From positions 416,001 to 480,000 of the forward strand of contig CBDCTZ010000011.1 in NCBI GenBank assembly GCA_965222375.1: DNA of 64,000 nucleotides. Reading direction: 5' to 3'. Below, one piece after another: positions 1-8,289 of this stretch (its first letter is position 1; each line of letters starts with the position of its first letter). The position numbers were made by a program, and so were the translations under genes. The stretch comes from Polyangiaceae bacterium (GTDB lineage: Bacteria; Myxococcota_A; Polyangia; Polyangiales; Polyangiaceae). The notes beneath the pieces were generated by a model that saw nothing but the letters and a program-made list of their open reading frames with translations, did no database searches and was not told where the DNA came from.

Positions 1-69
1 TAGCAGCATGGCTGCGAAGGCGAAGCGCGCGCCAGTGCTGGAGCCAGTTGTCATCGGCCTACGCCGCAT
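1..69 (-). CDS. 5' end of a probable exported protein, running off the window edge
   Basis: ATG at 69-67 reads MRRRPMTTGSSTGARFAFAAMLL with no stop to position 1; signal-peptide-like; starts 11 nt after the hslO stop. Confidence 0.45.
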   Translation of the reverse strand, partial: MRRRPMTTGSSTGARFAFAAMLL

Positions 70-80
70 GAACAAATCCC

Positions 81-929
81 TCAGCTTGCTTCTAGCAGTC
101 CCCGCAGACGCGCCGGCGGAATCCGATATTCCTTCCGACAGTAGTCGCAGGTGATTTCGAGCACTTCACCATCGGACAAGAGTTCTTCTATTTCGCTGCG
201 CCCCAGAGTTGCAATGGCGCTTACCAACCGGAGTTCGTCGCACCAACACGAAAAGCCCACCGCGCTCTCGTCTAGTTGGGTGAACTCCATCCCATACAGC
301 AACTGGTCCAAGAGCCAAGTGGGAGAGAAGCTGTTGTCCAGGAGCAACGCATCGATGTTTTTGAAGTCCTCCAGACGTTCGGTCATGACCATCAGCGGGC
401 GCCGACCAACCTCGGGCAGCAGCTGCACGATGTAGCCGCCAGCGCTGACCACGTTATCGTCGTCAATGAGCGTGCCGACGGAAATCATGCTGACCACTTG
501 CTCGGACGTCTGCATGTACGCCATCAGTGCTTCTGAGACGCCACCGCCCTCGGGTACCTCCACCACGCCCTGATTGAGGCGCCCCCCGGGAAGGCTGCGC
601 ATGGACTGAAGCAGGGCGCCTGGGCCGAGATCCACGTCCCCCTCGGACTTGCGCTGGATCAAACCCCGCGTACCGCCCGAGGGGTGCGCGTCGGCCACCA
701 GGCTGCCGCTGCCCTGAGCGCCCTTCAAGATGGTTTGGACGCGCAGGTTCGGCGCCATGGTCTCTCGGATCAACACGGCGCCAGTCAGCAGGTCGCCGAA
801 GCTGCCGGCGGTCTTGCCGGTGACCCGCTGCGCATCGAGTACGGCCCCAACGGTCTGGGTCGTTTGAGCAACGACGACGCGGAAGGCCCCGTCATTGGTC
901 ATGGCGCGCAGCACGGTGTCGCTCGTCAC
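81..929 (-). CDS. hslO: Hsp33 redox-regulated chaperone
   Basis: 282 aa; N-terminal D.VLRAM...FRVVVA, AGGYIVQLLP, and C-terminal zinc motif CWC...CDYC. Confidence 0.95.
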   Translation of the reverse strand: MTSDTVLRAMTNDGAFRVVVAQTTQTVGAVLDAQRVTGKTAGSFGDLLTGAVLIRETMAPNLRVQTILKGAQGSGSLVADAHPSGGTRGLIQRKSEGDVDLGPGALLQSMRSLPGGRLNQGVVEVPEGGGVSEALMAYMQTSEQVVSMISVGTLIDDDNVVSAGGYIVQLLPEVGRRPLMVMTERLEDFKNIDALLLDNSFSPTWLLDQLLYGMEFTQLDESAVGFSCWCDELRLVSAIATLGRSEIEELLSDGEVLEITCDYCRKEYRIPPARLRGLLEAS

Positions 930-991
930 GGTCTGTTCGATCTTAGCACGGGAAAGCGTTTGCCAATTTCGGCAGTTTTGCCCGGCGTCCT

Positions 992-1171
992 CTAATTCAG
1001 AGTCACGTCGGCGTCCGGGCTATCCGCGTCGTCGTCTGGGATGCGATACACCTCGTTCATCCAGTTCGACAGATCCACGAGCTTGCAACGCTTGGAGCAG
1101 AACGGCCGAGGAGTAAAGTCTTCCGGTGCGTCTTCGATGGTCTTGCTGCAGATGGGACAGTTGATACGCAT
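992..1171 (-). CDS. yacG: DNA gyrase inhibitor YacG (zinc finger), 59 aa, not in the ORF track
   Basis: Manual translation MRINCPICSKTIEDAPEDFTPRPFCSKRCKLVDLSNWMNEVYRIP...; CPxC / RPFCSxRCKxxDLxxW / YRIP signature. Confidence 0.93.
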   Translation of the reverse strand: MRINCPICSKTIEDAPEDFTPRPFCSKRCKLVDLSNWMNEVYRIPDDDADSPDADVTLN

Positions 1172-1174
1172 GGC

Positions 1175-2209
1175 TCAATTGGCGGCGCCCGGGGAACGAT
1201 TGACGCGCATGAAGTCGACGGAGTTGTTGTTGGTGTCTTTGCCGTTGGGCGAGCGGCCCACGGACTTCGTGGCGGTGCCTGCCTGGGAAAACGCTGATGT
1301 CTCCACGAAGGGGTGGCTCGGGCTCACGCCCCCGTAGCCGACGGAATCCACCTTTGCCGCGCTGGGGTCGAACAGCGCGATACCGGATGTGTTGCCCAAG
1401 CCGGAACCCGGGTTCAGCAGCGTTGCGTTCTTCGCTCCCGTGAAAGCATTGCCGCCAATGACCCAATAGGCCCCGGCCGCCAGGGTATCTCCGCCAGCGC
1501 CGATCCACTTGTCAGCTTGTGGGCTACCGCTCTGCGATGCGTACACGATCTTCCAGCCCGCCAACGACGCCGTGCAGCTCCCGTAGTTGTACAACTCGAC
1601 GAATTCGTCGAACCCACCCCCGGGACCGGTGGTGGCCACTTCGTTGACGACGATGGTCTTGCACCCAGCTCCGCCAGTCCCGCCGCCGGTGCCGCCGGTC
1701 GCACCCCCAGTGCCGCCGGTCGCGCCCCCGGTTCCTCCAGTCGCACCGCCGGTGCCGCCGGTCGCTCCACCCGTTCCTGCATCTGAGCCGCAGAGCGTCG
1801 CGTAGTCGGAGCAACAATTGCTGAAGCCCTCGCAAGAACTGTCGCAGTAGCAAGCGGGGTTGCTTCCAGGGACCGGCCCGGACTGGCCGCAGCGGCTCGC
1901 ACAACTCGGGGCACCGCCCGTGCCCCCGGCGGCGCCGCCCGTTCCACCGCTCGCGCCACCGGTGCCTGAATCCACGCCGCCACTACCTCCAGTGGGACCC
2001 GAGCCACCGGTCCCAGAGGTGCCGCCAAAAGCCCCGAAGGCGCCTGTCCCGCCGTCGAAACCCACGCCGCCACTGTTGCCGTTCTTGAGCTTCTCGAACT
2101 CCCCGGGGGGGATGAACTCGTGCTCCGGAAAGGAGCAGCCCGCTGCCGCGGCTACGCCAGCCAGAGCCGGCGCGGCGCGAAGAAGCCAGGTGCGAAGCGA
2201 AGAGTGCAT
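1175..2209 (-). CDS. Lipoprotein with Gly/Thr-rich linkers, somatomedin-B-like 8-Cys module and C-terminal lamin-tail (LTD) domain
   Basis: Start at MHSSLR; lipobox-like AAAGC; LTD hallmarks IVVNEV...DEFVELYN...LAGWKI...VDSVGYG...SPGAAN. Confidence 0.8.
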   Translation of the reverse strand: MHSSLRTWLLRAAPALAGVAAAAGCSFPEHEFIPPGEFEKLKNGNSGGVGFDGGTGAFGAFGGTSGTGGSGPTGGSGGVDSGTGGASGGTGGAAGGTGGAPSCASRCGQSGPVPGSNPACYCDSSCEGFSNCCSDYATLCGSDAGTGGATGGTGGATGGTGGATGGTGGATGGTGGGTGGAGCKTIVVNEVATTGPGGGFDEFVELYNYGSCTASLAGWKIVYASQSGSPQADKWIGAGGDTLAAGAYWVIGGNAFTGAKNATLLNPGSGLGNTSGIALFDPSAAKVDSVGYGGVSPSHPFVETSAFSQAGTATKSVGRSPNGKDTNNNSVDFMRVNRSPGAAN

Positions 2210-2264
2210 GGGACCCGTCAGAGGGTAGCGCGAGCGAGGCGATAGGACTAGCGTCCGGCTTCCC

Positions 2265-4343
2265 ATGAGCGAAGTTCTACTACTGGAAATCGGCACTGAG
2301 GAGCTTCCTGCCTCGTTCGTGGCGTCGGGGGTAGCGGCGCTGCCGGGGCTCATCGGGGAGAAGCTCGCTTCTGCCCGGCTGTCTCACGGGGCCATTACCG
2401 CCGCCGGCACGCCGCGGCGCTTGGCGGTCTGGGTCGAGGATGTGCCCGAGCGGCAGCCGGATCTGGACGAAGAGGTGACCGGGCCCCCTGTGCGCGTTGC
2501 ATTCGACAAGGACGGCGCGCCCACCCGAGCCGCTCAGAGCTTCGCGGACAAGATCGGTGTGGTCGTCGAATCCCTAGGTCGCGTCGAGACCCCGAAGGGC
2601 GAGTACATCGTCGGTCGCAAGAAGGAAGAGGGCAAGGCGACTACGGAGATCTTGGCACCGGCACTGACCGAGGTTTGCCAGAAGATCCCGTTCCGCAAGT
2701 CCATGCGATGGTCCGATGGTGATACGGCGTTTGGCCGTCCGGTGCGGTGGCTGGTTGCACTACTCGGAGCGCAGACCATTGGTTTCGAATTTGCGGGCTA
2801 CGTAGGCGGTCGAAAGAGCTACGGGCACCGCTTCTTGTCTCCCGAGGCCTTCGAAATCGGCTCCGCCGCGGGCTACGTGGATGCTCTGCGCGAGCGGCAC
2901 GTGCTCGTGCGCATGGAAGAACGCGCGGGCAAGATGAAAGAACGACTAGTGGCGGCTGCGAAGGAAGCGGGGGGTGAGCTCATCGATGATGACTTCTTGG
3001 TCGGCGAAAACGCCTCCTTGGTGGAGGAGCCGCATGTGGTGGTCGGGGGCTTTGAGGATGCCTTCTTGGCGCTGCCGGAACGGGTCATCTTGGACGTTGC
3101 CAAGGGGCATCAACGCTACTTCGGTGTGCGCAGCGCCGATGGCAACCTGATGGCCAAGTACCTGGCCGTAGTGAACACCGCGCTGAAGCCCGCCAACATT
3201 CGCCTCGGAAACGATCGCGTGATGCGTGCGCGGCTGGCGGATGCGAAGTTCTTCTACGATGAAGACTTGAAGGCGCCCTTGGATAGCCGCCTCGACAAAC
3301 TCGATGCGGTCGTCTTCCACAAGCGACTGGGCAGCATCGGCGACAAGGTCCGGCGCATCACTCGGCTGGTGGACGCATTGGGCAAGCAGCTTTCGCTGTC
3401 TACGGAGACTATCCGCGTGGCGACTCAAGGCGCCGCTCTTGCCAAGTGTGATCTAACGACCCTGATGGTCGGAGAACTGCCGGAACTGCAAGGCGAGATG
3501 GGGCATGCCTATGCTCTGAAACAGGGCACCGCCGGGGAGGTGGCTCGGGTGATCGCCGAGCACTACCAGCCCAAGGGCGCTGACGATCCCACCGCAGAGA
3601 GCGACGCCGGCGCGTTGGTGGGCCTCGCGGACCGCTTGGACACCCTGACGGGCTGTTTCGCTGTCGGAATCATGCCCACGGGTACGGCGGATCCTCTGGC
3701 ATTGCGCCGCGCCGCCATTGGTAGCTTGCGTACGACCCTGGACAAAGGCTGGGGCCTGTCCGTGAAGGCTGCCACGGCGCAGGCATTCGAAGGCTTCTCG
3801 GGCATCAAACTGGAACACTCGGCGGAGGCCACACAGAGCAAGCTGCTGCCGTTCCTGGAACAGCGGCTGCGCGGCGTGCTGATGGAGCGCCTGCCCCAAG
3901 ACGCAGTGGATGCCTGCCTCGCATCCAGCGCGGACGTGCCCCACGATGTGGCCCTACGCGCTTCTGCCCTGGGCGCCCTCGACGCGGAGGTGCGAGCTTC
4001 CGCTGGCGAAGTCTTCAAGCGCGCGGCGAACATTGCCAAGAATGCGCCAGAGGGTGAGCCCCGCCCGCCCCAAGAAGTGGACAAAGACGTGCACCCGAGT
4101 GAAGCGGCGGCCTACGACGCTCTCGGCAAGCTCGACGCGGAAGTGACAGCTGCGCGCGAGACCGGCGACTATGGCGTGATCGTGCATGCCATTGCCCAGT
4201 TCGCGCCGACCCTCGGCAAGTACTTCGATGACGTCATGGTCATGGCCGACGACGCAGCTGTGCGGGACAATCGACTTCGTTTCATGGCCAAGGTGCAGCG
4301 CATCTGCACCAGCGTGGCCAATTTCAATCTGCTTGCTCGCTAG
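2265..4343 (+). CDS. glyS: Glycine--tRNA ligase beta subunit
   Basis: LLLEIGTEELP, TPRRLAV, ARLADAKFFY, DPLALRR, VRDNRL motifs; 692 aa. Confidence 0.97.
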   Translation: MSEVLLLEIGTEELPASFVASGVAALPGLIGEKLASARLSHGAITAAGTPRRLAVWVEDVPERQPDLDEEVTGPPVRVAFDKDGAPTRAAQSFADKIGVVVESLGRVETPKGEYIVGRKKEEGKATTEILAPALTEVCQKIPFRKSMRWSDGDTAFGRPVRWLVALLGAQTIGFEFAGYVGGRKSYGHRFLSPEAFEIGSAAGYVDALRERHVLVRMEERAGKMKERLVAAAKEAGGELIDDDFLVGENASLVEEPHVVVGGFEDAFLALPERVILDVAKGHQRYFGVRSADGNLMAKYLAVVNTALKPANIRLGNDRVMRARLADAKFFYDEDLKAPLDSRLDKLDAVVFHKRLGSIGDKVRRITRLVDALGKQLSLSTETIRVATQGAALAKCDLTTLMVGELPELQGEMGHAYALKQGTAGEVARVIAEHYQPKGADDPTAESDAGALVGLADRLDTLTGCFAVGIMPTGTADPLALRRAAIGSLRTTLDKGWGLSVKAATAQAFEGFSGIKLEHSAEATQSKLLPFLEQRLRGVLMERLPQDAVDACLASSADVPHDVALRASALGALDAEVRASAGEVFKRAANIAKNAPEGEPRPPQEVDKDVHPSEAAAYDALGKLDAEVTAARETGDYGVIVHAIAQFAPTLGKYFDDVMVMADDAAVRDNRLRFMAKVQRICTSVANFNLLAR

Positions 4344-4344
4344 T

Positions 4345-4830
4345 TCACGACTGAACCGACTCCACTGCTTCCCGCAGCAGGTTGGTCAGGCGTTCGCGGG
4401 TCCACCGAGCGTCATGCTCGCCTAATTGTTCGGCTAGCCACGCCGCGGATGCCTCGCCGTCGTCGAATACCTTGGTCGGCGCTGCGGGGCGCCCGGTCAG
4501 AATCATCGTGCTCATGAAGGCCCGTACCGCCGTGCCGACGAGTCCCGTCGACAAGACCAAGTGGGCGACAGCCAGCGAGAACACCTCTGTCTGGGTCGCC
4601 CGCTGCGTCGACTTTCTCACGTCGTCATCGAACGCCGGCCGACTCTGCCCAGTCACCACGTTGAACAGGGCGACGCCGCCTGGACGAGATTGGGAGAGCT
4701 TGCGCCCCGCTGCTTCAAGGGTATCGATCTGTGCCGATGTTGGAGGCTTGGTCCACACCGCGACGATCAAGTTGTCCGACGCTGCTAGGTGCAGCGAATC
4801 ATCTCGATGAAGTGTCGATAGGGTCGTCAC
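4345..4830 (-). CDS. Hypothetical protein, STAS/SEC14-like myxobacterial family
   Basis: Likely GTG start at 4830; LIVAVW...GLVGTAVRAFMS...PTKVFDD..A.AWL pattern. Confidence 0.6.
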   Translation of the reverse strand: MTTLSTLHRDDSLHLAASDNLIVAVWTKPPTSAQIDTLEAAGRKLSQSRPGGVALFNVVTGQSRPAFDDDVRKSTQRATQTEVFSLAVAHLVLSTGLVGTAVRAFMSTMILTGRPAAPTKVFDDGEASAAWLAEQLGEHDARWTRERLTNLLREAVESVQS

Positions 4831-4890
4831 TGGCGCTTGATAGTAAGCCAGCCTCGAACCGATTGCCCCCGGCGCAGCATGCGATAACGC

Positions 4891-4929
4891 GCGAGAGTAG
4901 TGCCCCAACGCCGCGACCCCAAAATCAAG
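4891..4929. repeat. Dispersed intergenic repeat, copy 1 (copy 2 at 59920-59970)
   Basis: GCGAGAGTAG plus an exact 19-nt GCCCCAACGCCGCGACCCC shared with 59942-59960. Confidence 0.6.
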
Positions 4930-5107
4930 CGGCGGGACCTGCTCCTCAGAGGGGTTCGACGCGGGGTGTCATCTTCCGAGTCGGGGGGAAACGACCTGAA
5001 TCCCCACGGCCACCGGCGAGTGCGCAAGGTTTGCCGGTGCCGCGCCGGCGTGGACGTTTGAGTCTATTGCGTCCGGCTAGGCGCTCTGCGATGAAGTGCG
5101 CTGTCCC

Positions 5108-7816
5108 ATGACCCAACGAATCTACCGATTTGCACCTGGAAAAGCTGACGGCCGCACTGGAGACAAGGCTCTCCTGGGTGGCAAAGGCGCCAACCTGGCA
5201 GAGATGGCGAGCCTGGGCATTCCCGTGCCCGAGGGCTTCACCATCACGACGGAGGTCTGCACGGAATACAACGCGGCGGGGCGCATTCCCGACGGGCTGG
5301 AAGACCAAGTGCGTGAGGCGATGACTTGGTTGGAACAGGAAACCGGGAAGAAGTTCGGGGATCCGAACAACCCGTTGTTAGTGAGCGTTCGCAGCGGTGC
5401 CCGCGCCAGCATGCCTGGCATGATGGACACCATCTTGAACCTCGGGTTGACGGATGAAGTCGCGGAGGGGTTGGCCAAGAAGACCGACAACCCGCGGTTC
5501 GCGTACGACGCCTATCGCCGCCTTCTGACCATGTACGGCAACGTCGTGCTCGACGCTGAGCACGGCATTTTCGAAGCCGGTCTGACCGAGGCACGGCGCA
5601 AGCTTGCCAAGCAGCTAGGCATCGACGCCCCAGATGATGATGAAGAGTTGGGACGCGTCGTTCCAGACTCGAAGCTCAGCGCGGAGCTCCTGCAGGAACT
5701 CGTTGAACAATTCAAAACCAAGCTGGCGCAGAGCACGAGCGGCTTTCCCGCGGATCCTTTTCAACAGCTCATGGGTTCGGTGGAGGCTGTGTTCAAGAGC
5801 TGGCAGAATCCGAGGGCCAAGTTGTATCGGAAGATGCATGACATCCCCGGCGAGTGGGGCACGGCGGTGAACGTGCAAGCGATGGTCTTCGGCAATCTCG
5901 GCGATACCAGCGCGACCGGCGTCGCGTTCACCCGGGACCCGAGTACCGGCGAAAAACGCTTCTTCGGCGAGTGGCTCCCGAACGCTCAGGGCGAGGACGT
6001 GGTAGCCGGGATCCGCACTCCCCGAGTCATCGCGAAGTCCTCGGACTCTGAGGGAGCGTCCTTGGAAGAGGCGATGCCGGAGAACTACAAGCAGCTGTTC
6101 GAGTTGCAGGAGAAACTCGAGAATCACTTCCGTGACATGCAGGACCTCGAGTTCACCATCGAGGACAAGAAGCTCTACATGTTGCAGACCCGTAACGGGA
6201 AGCGAGCGGCCCGTGCGGAGGTCAAGATTGCTGTCGACATGGTGGCGGAAGGGCTGATTGACGAGAAGACTGCACTGCTGCGGGTGGACCCGGACCGCCT
6301 CGAGCAGCTGCTGTTTCCGTCGGTCGATCCGAAGAGCGATGCCAAGCCCATTGCGACGGGTCTGCCCGCATCGCCTGGCGCGGTCACCGGACGGGTGGTG
6401 TTCAGTGCGGATGAGGCCGAGCAGCGCGCCAACGAAGGCGAGGACGTGATTCTGGTTCGCGTCGAGACGTCCCCGGAAGATCTCCATGGGATGAACGCGG
6501 CGAAGGGTATTCTGACCGCACGAGGAGGTGCGACGAGTCACGCAGCGGTTGTCGCTCGAGGCATGGGGCGAGCCTGTGTGGTGGGTTGTTCCGCCATCAG
6601 CATCGACTACGAGCTGCAGCTCCTGACGGCACGCCAAGGCTCCCAAGACCCGGTCATCGTGCGGCTGGGTGAGGTCATCACCATCGACGGATCCAGCGGT
6701 GGTGTGTTCGTGGGCGACGTGAAGAAGATCGAGCCCGAGATGGGCGGCGAAATGGAGCAGCTCATGAACTGGGCGGATAAACATCGCCGCATGCGGGTCC
6801 GCGCCAACGCTGACACTCCAGGGCAGGCCAACAAGGCGCGGGCCTTGGGCGCCGAGGGCATTGGCCTATGCCGTACGGAGCACATGTTCTTCGACGAAGA
6901 TCGCATTCGCGCCGTGCGGGAGATGATCCTTTCTAGTGGTGAGGAGCCTCGTCGCAAGGCCCTGGCCAAGCTGCTGCCGTTCCAGACCAATGACTTCGTC
7001 GAGCTGTTTCGAGAAATGAAGGGGCTACCCGTCAACATTCGGCTTCTGGATCCGCCGCTGCACGAGTTCCTGCCTCAGGAAGATGTGCAGATCAAAGAGC
7101 TGGCCCAAGACATGGGCGTTAGCGTCGAGGACATCGCGCGCAAGATTGACGAGCTGCACGAGTTCAACCCGATGTTGGGCCATCGGGGTGTACGCCTGGC
7201 CGTGAGCTTTCCCGAAATCAGCGAGATGCAGGTGCGCGCCATCTTGTCGGCCGCGTGTACGGTGAAGAAAGAGGGCATCGAGGTACTGCCCGAAATCATG
7301 ATCCCGCTGTCCTTGAGCAAGCGCGAACTCGAGCTGATGCACGCGGTGGTCCAGCGCGTCGAAAAGGACGTTTTCGGCGAGGCCGGCGTGAGTGTGAAGT
7401 ACAAGTTCGGAACCATGATCGAACTGCCTCGGGCGGCACTGCTAGCTCGGGAGATCGCGGAGATCTGCGAGTTCTTCTCCTTCGGCACCAACGACCTGAC
7501 CCAAACCTGTCTCGGCTTATCGCGAGACGACGCCGGGAAGTTTCTGCCGCAATATGTCGACCAGGGGATCTTCTCGCGAGATCCTTTTGTTTCGCTGGAT
7601 CAGAGTGGAGCCGGGGAGCTGGTCAAGATCGCCGTGGAGCGAGGCAAAGCTCAGCGCCAAGACATCTCACTTGGGATCTGCGGCGAGCATGGCGGCGACC
7701 CCGCGAGCATCCGTTTCTTCAACAGCGTCGGCCTTGCATACGTATCGTGTTCGCCGTTTCGCGTGCCGATAGCTCGACTGGCGGCGGCGCAGGCTGCCCT
7801 TGAAAAGGCCAGTTGA
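5108..7816 (+). CDS. ppdK: Pyruvate, phosphate dikinase
   Basis: LLGGKGANLAEM, LLVSVRSGARASMPGMMDT, GGATSHAAVVARG (phospho-His), GIGLCRTEHMF, SFGTNDLTQ. Confidence 0.98.
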   Translation: MTQRIYRFAPGKADGRTGDKALLGGKGANLAEMASLGIPVPEGFTITTEVCTEYNAAGRIPDGLEDQVREAMTWLEQETGKKFGDPNNPLLVSVRSGARASMPGMMDTILNLGLTDEVAEGLAKKTDNPRFAYDAYRRLLTMYGNVVLDAEHGIFEAGLTEARRKLAKQLGIDAPDDDEELGRVVPDSKLSAELLQELVEQFKTKLAQSTSGFPADPFQQLMGSVEAVFKSWQNPRAKLYRKMHDIPGEWGTAVNVQAMVFGNLGDTSATGVAFTRDPSTGEKRFFGEWLPNAQGEDVVAGIRTPRVIAKSSDSEGASLEEAMPENYKQLFELQEKLENHFRDMQDLEFTIEDKKLYMLQTRNGKRAARAEVKIAVDMVAEGLIDEKTALLRVDPDRLEQLLFPSVDPKSDAKPIATGLPASPGAVTGRVVFSADEAEQRANEGEDVILVRVETSPEDLHGMNAAKGILTARGGATSHAAVVARGMGRACVVGCSAISIDYELQLLTARQGSQDPVIVRLGEVITIDGSSGGVFVGDVKKIEPEMGGEMEQLMNWADKHRRMRVRANADTPGQANKARALGAEGIGLCRTEHMFFDEDRIRAVREMILSSGEEPRRKALAKLLPFQTNDFVELFREMKGLPVNIRLLDPPLHEFLPQEDVQIKELAQDMGVSVEDIARKIDELHEFNPMLGHRGVRLAVSFPEISEMQVRAILSAACTVKKEGIEVLPEIMIPLSLSKRELELMHAVVQRVEKDVFGEAGVSVKYKFGTMIELPRAALLAREIAEICEFFSFGTNDLTQTCLGLSRDDAGKFLPQYVDQGIFSRDPFVSLDQSGAGELVKIAVERGKAQRQDISLGICGEHGGDPASIRFFNSVGLAYVSCSPFRVPIARLAAAQAALEKAS

Positions 7817-7862
7817 CCGCGGGCATCTCGTCGGCGCCTTTGCGGGGCAGGCCCCTTGAAGG

Positions 7863-7868
7863 TATGCT
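7863..7868 (+). promoter_or_regulatory. Putative -10 element for a leaderless transcript of the HxS-repeat gene
   Basis: TATGCT, 6 nt upstream of GTG 7875; no Shine-Dalgarno visible. Confidence 0.45.
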
Positions 7869-7874
7869 TCGCTC

Positions 7875-8180
7875 GTGCCGCCCAAGAAGGAAGGCCCCAA
7901 GAGGTTGCCGAGTTTTTCTCGCAGTGCTCGCGGAATGCTGAGCAAGAGCGAGAACGTCGTGATCGACAAGGCCAAGGACGGGTGCGATGAAGTCCCGGGC
8001 ATTGACGACGACGGATTGATCCCAGCGCAGCACTGCAGCCACGGCAGTCACGGCAGCCACGGTAGCCACGGTAGCCACGGCAGCCACGGCAGCCACGGCA
8101 GCCACGGCAGTCACGGTAGCCACGGCAGTCACGGCAGCCACGGCAGCCACGGCAGCCACGGCAGCCACGGTTCTTGGTAG
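7875..8180 (+). CDS. His-Xaa-Ser repeat protein (HxsA-like; candidate RiPP precursor or metal-binding peptide)
   Basis: 52-aa leader + HCS + (HGS)x15 + W; synonymous codon variation within the repeat. Confidence 0.8.
   Translation: MPPKKEGPKRLPSFSRSARGMLSKSENVVIDKAKDGCDEVPGIDDDGLIPAQHCSHGSHGSHGSHGSHGSHGSHGSHGSHGSHGSHGSHGSHGSHGSHGSW
8031..8174 (+). repeat. 9-nt tandem repeat, 16 units, consensus CACGGCAGC
   Basis: Directly visible; variants CACGGTAGC, CACGGCAGT, CACTGCAGC, CACGGTTCT. Confidence 0.97.
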
Positions 8181-8289
8181 GCGAGCGCTGAAGCGCGCCG
8201 CGGCGCGAGCCCAGCTCGAAGGCTGAAACGACGGGCAGTGGACGTCGGGCTGTGACTTCACTACATCACGCGCCGAGGAGGAGCTGCCT

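Noticed and set aside
1670..1775. GGT/GGA-type tandem repeats here and near 10330-10440, 50010-50290 and 57340-57480
   Set aside because: They encode ordinary Gly-rich linkers of myxobacterial lipoproteins
8031..8174. 9-nt repeat as a CRISPR array or non-coding microsatellite; antisense (VAA)n ORF 7719-8402
   Set aside because: No spacers or cas genes; variation is synonymous in the HGS frame but not in the antisense frame, and the antisense ORF overlaps ppdK and the peroxidase gene
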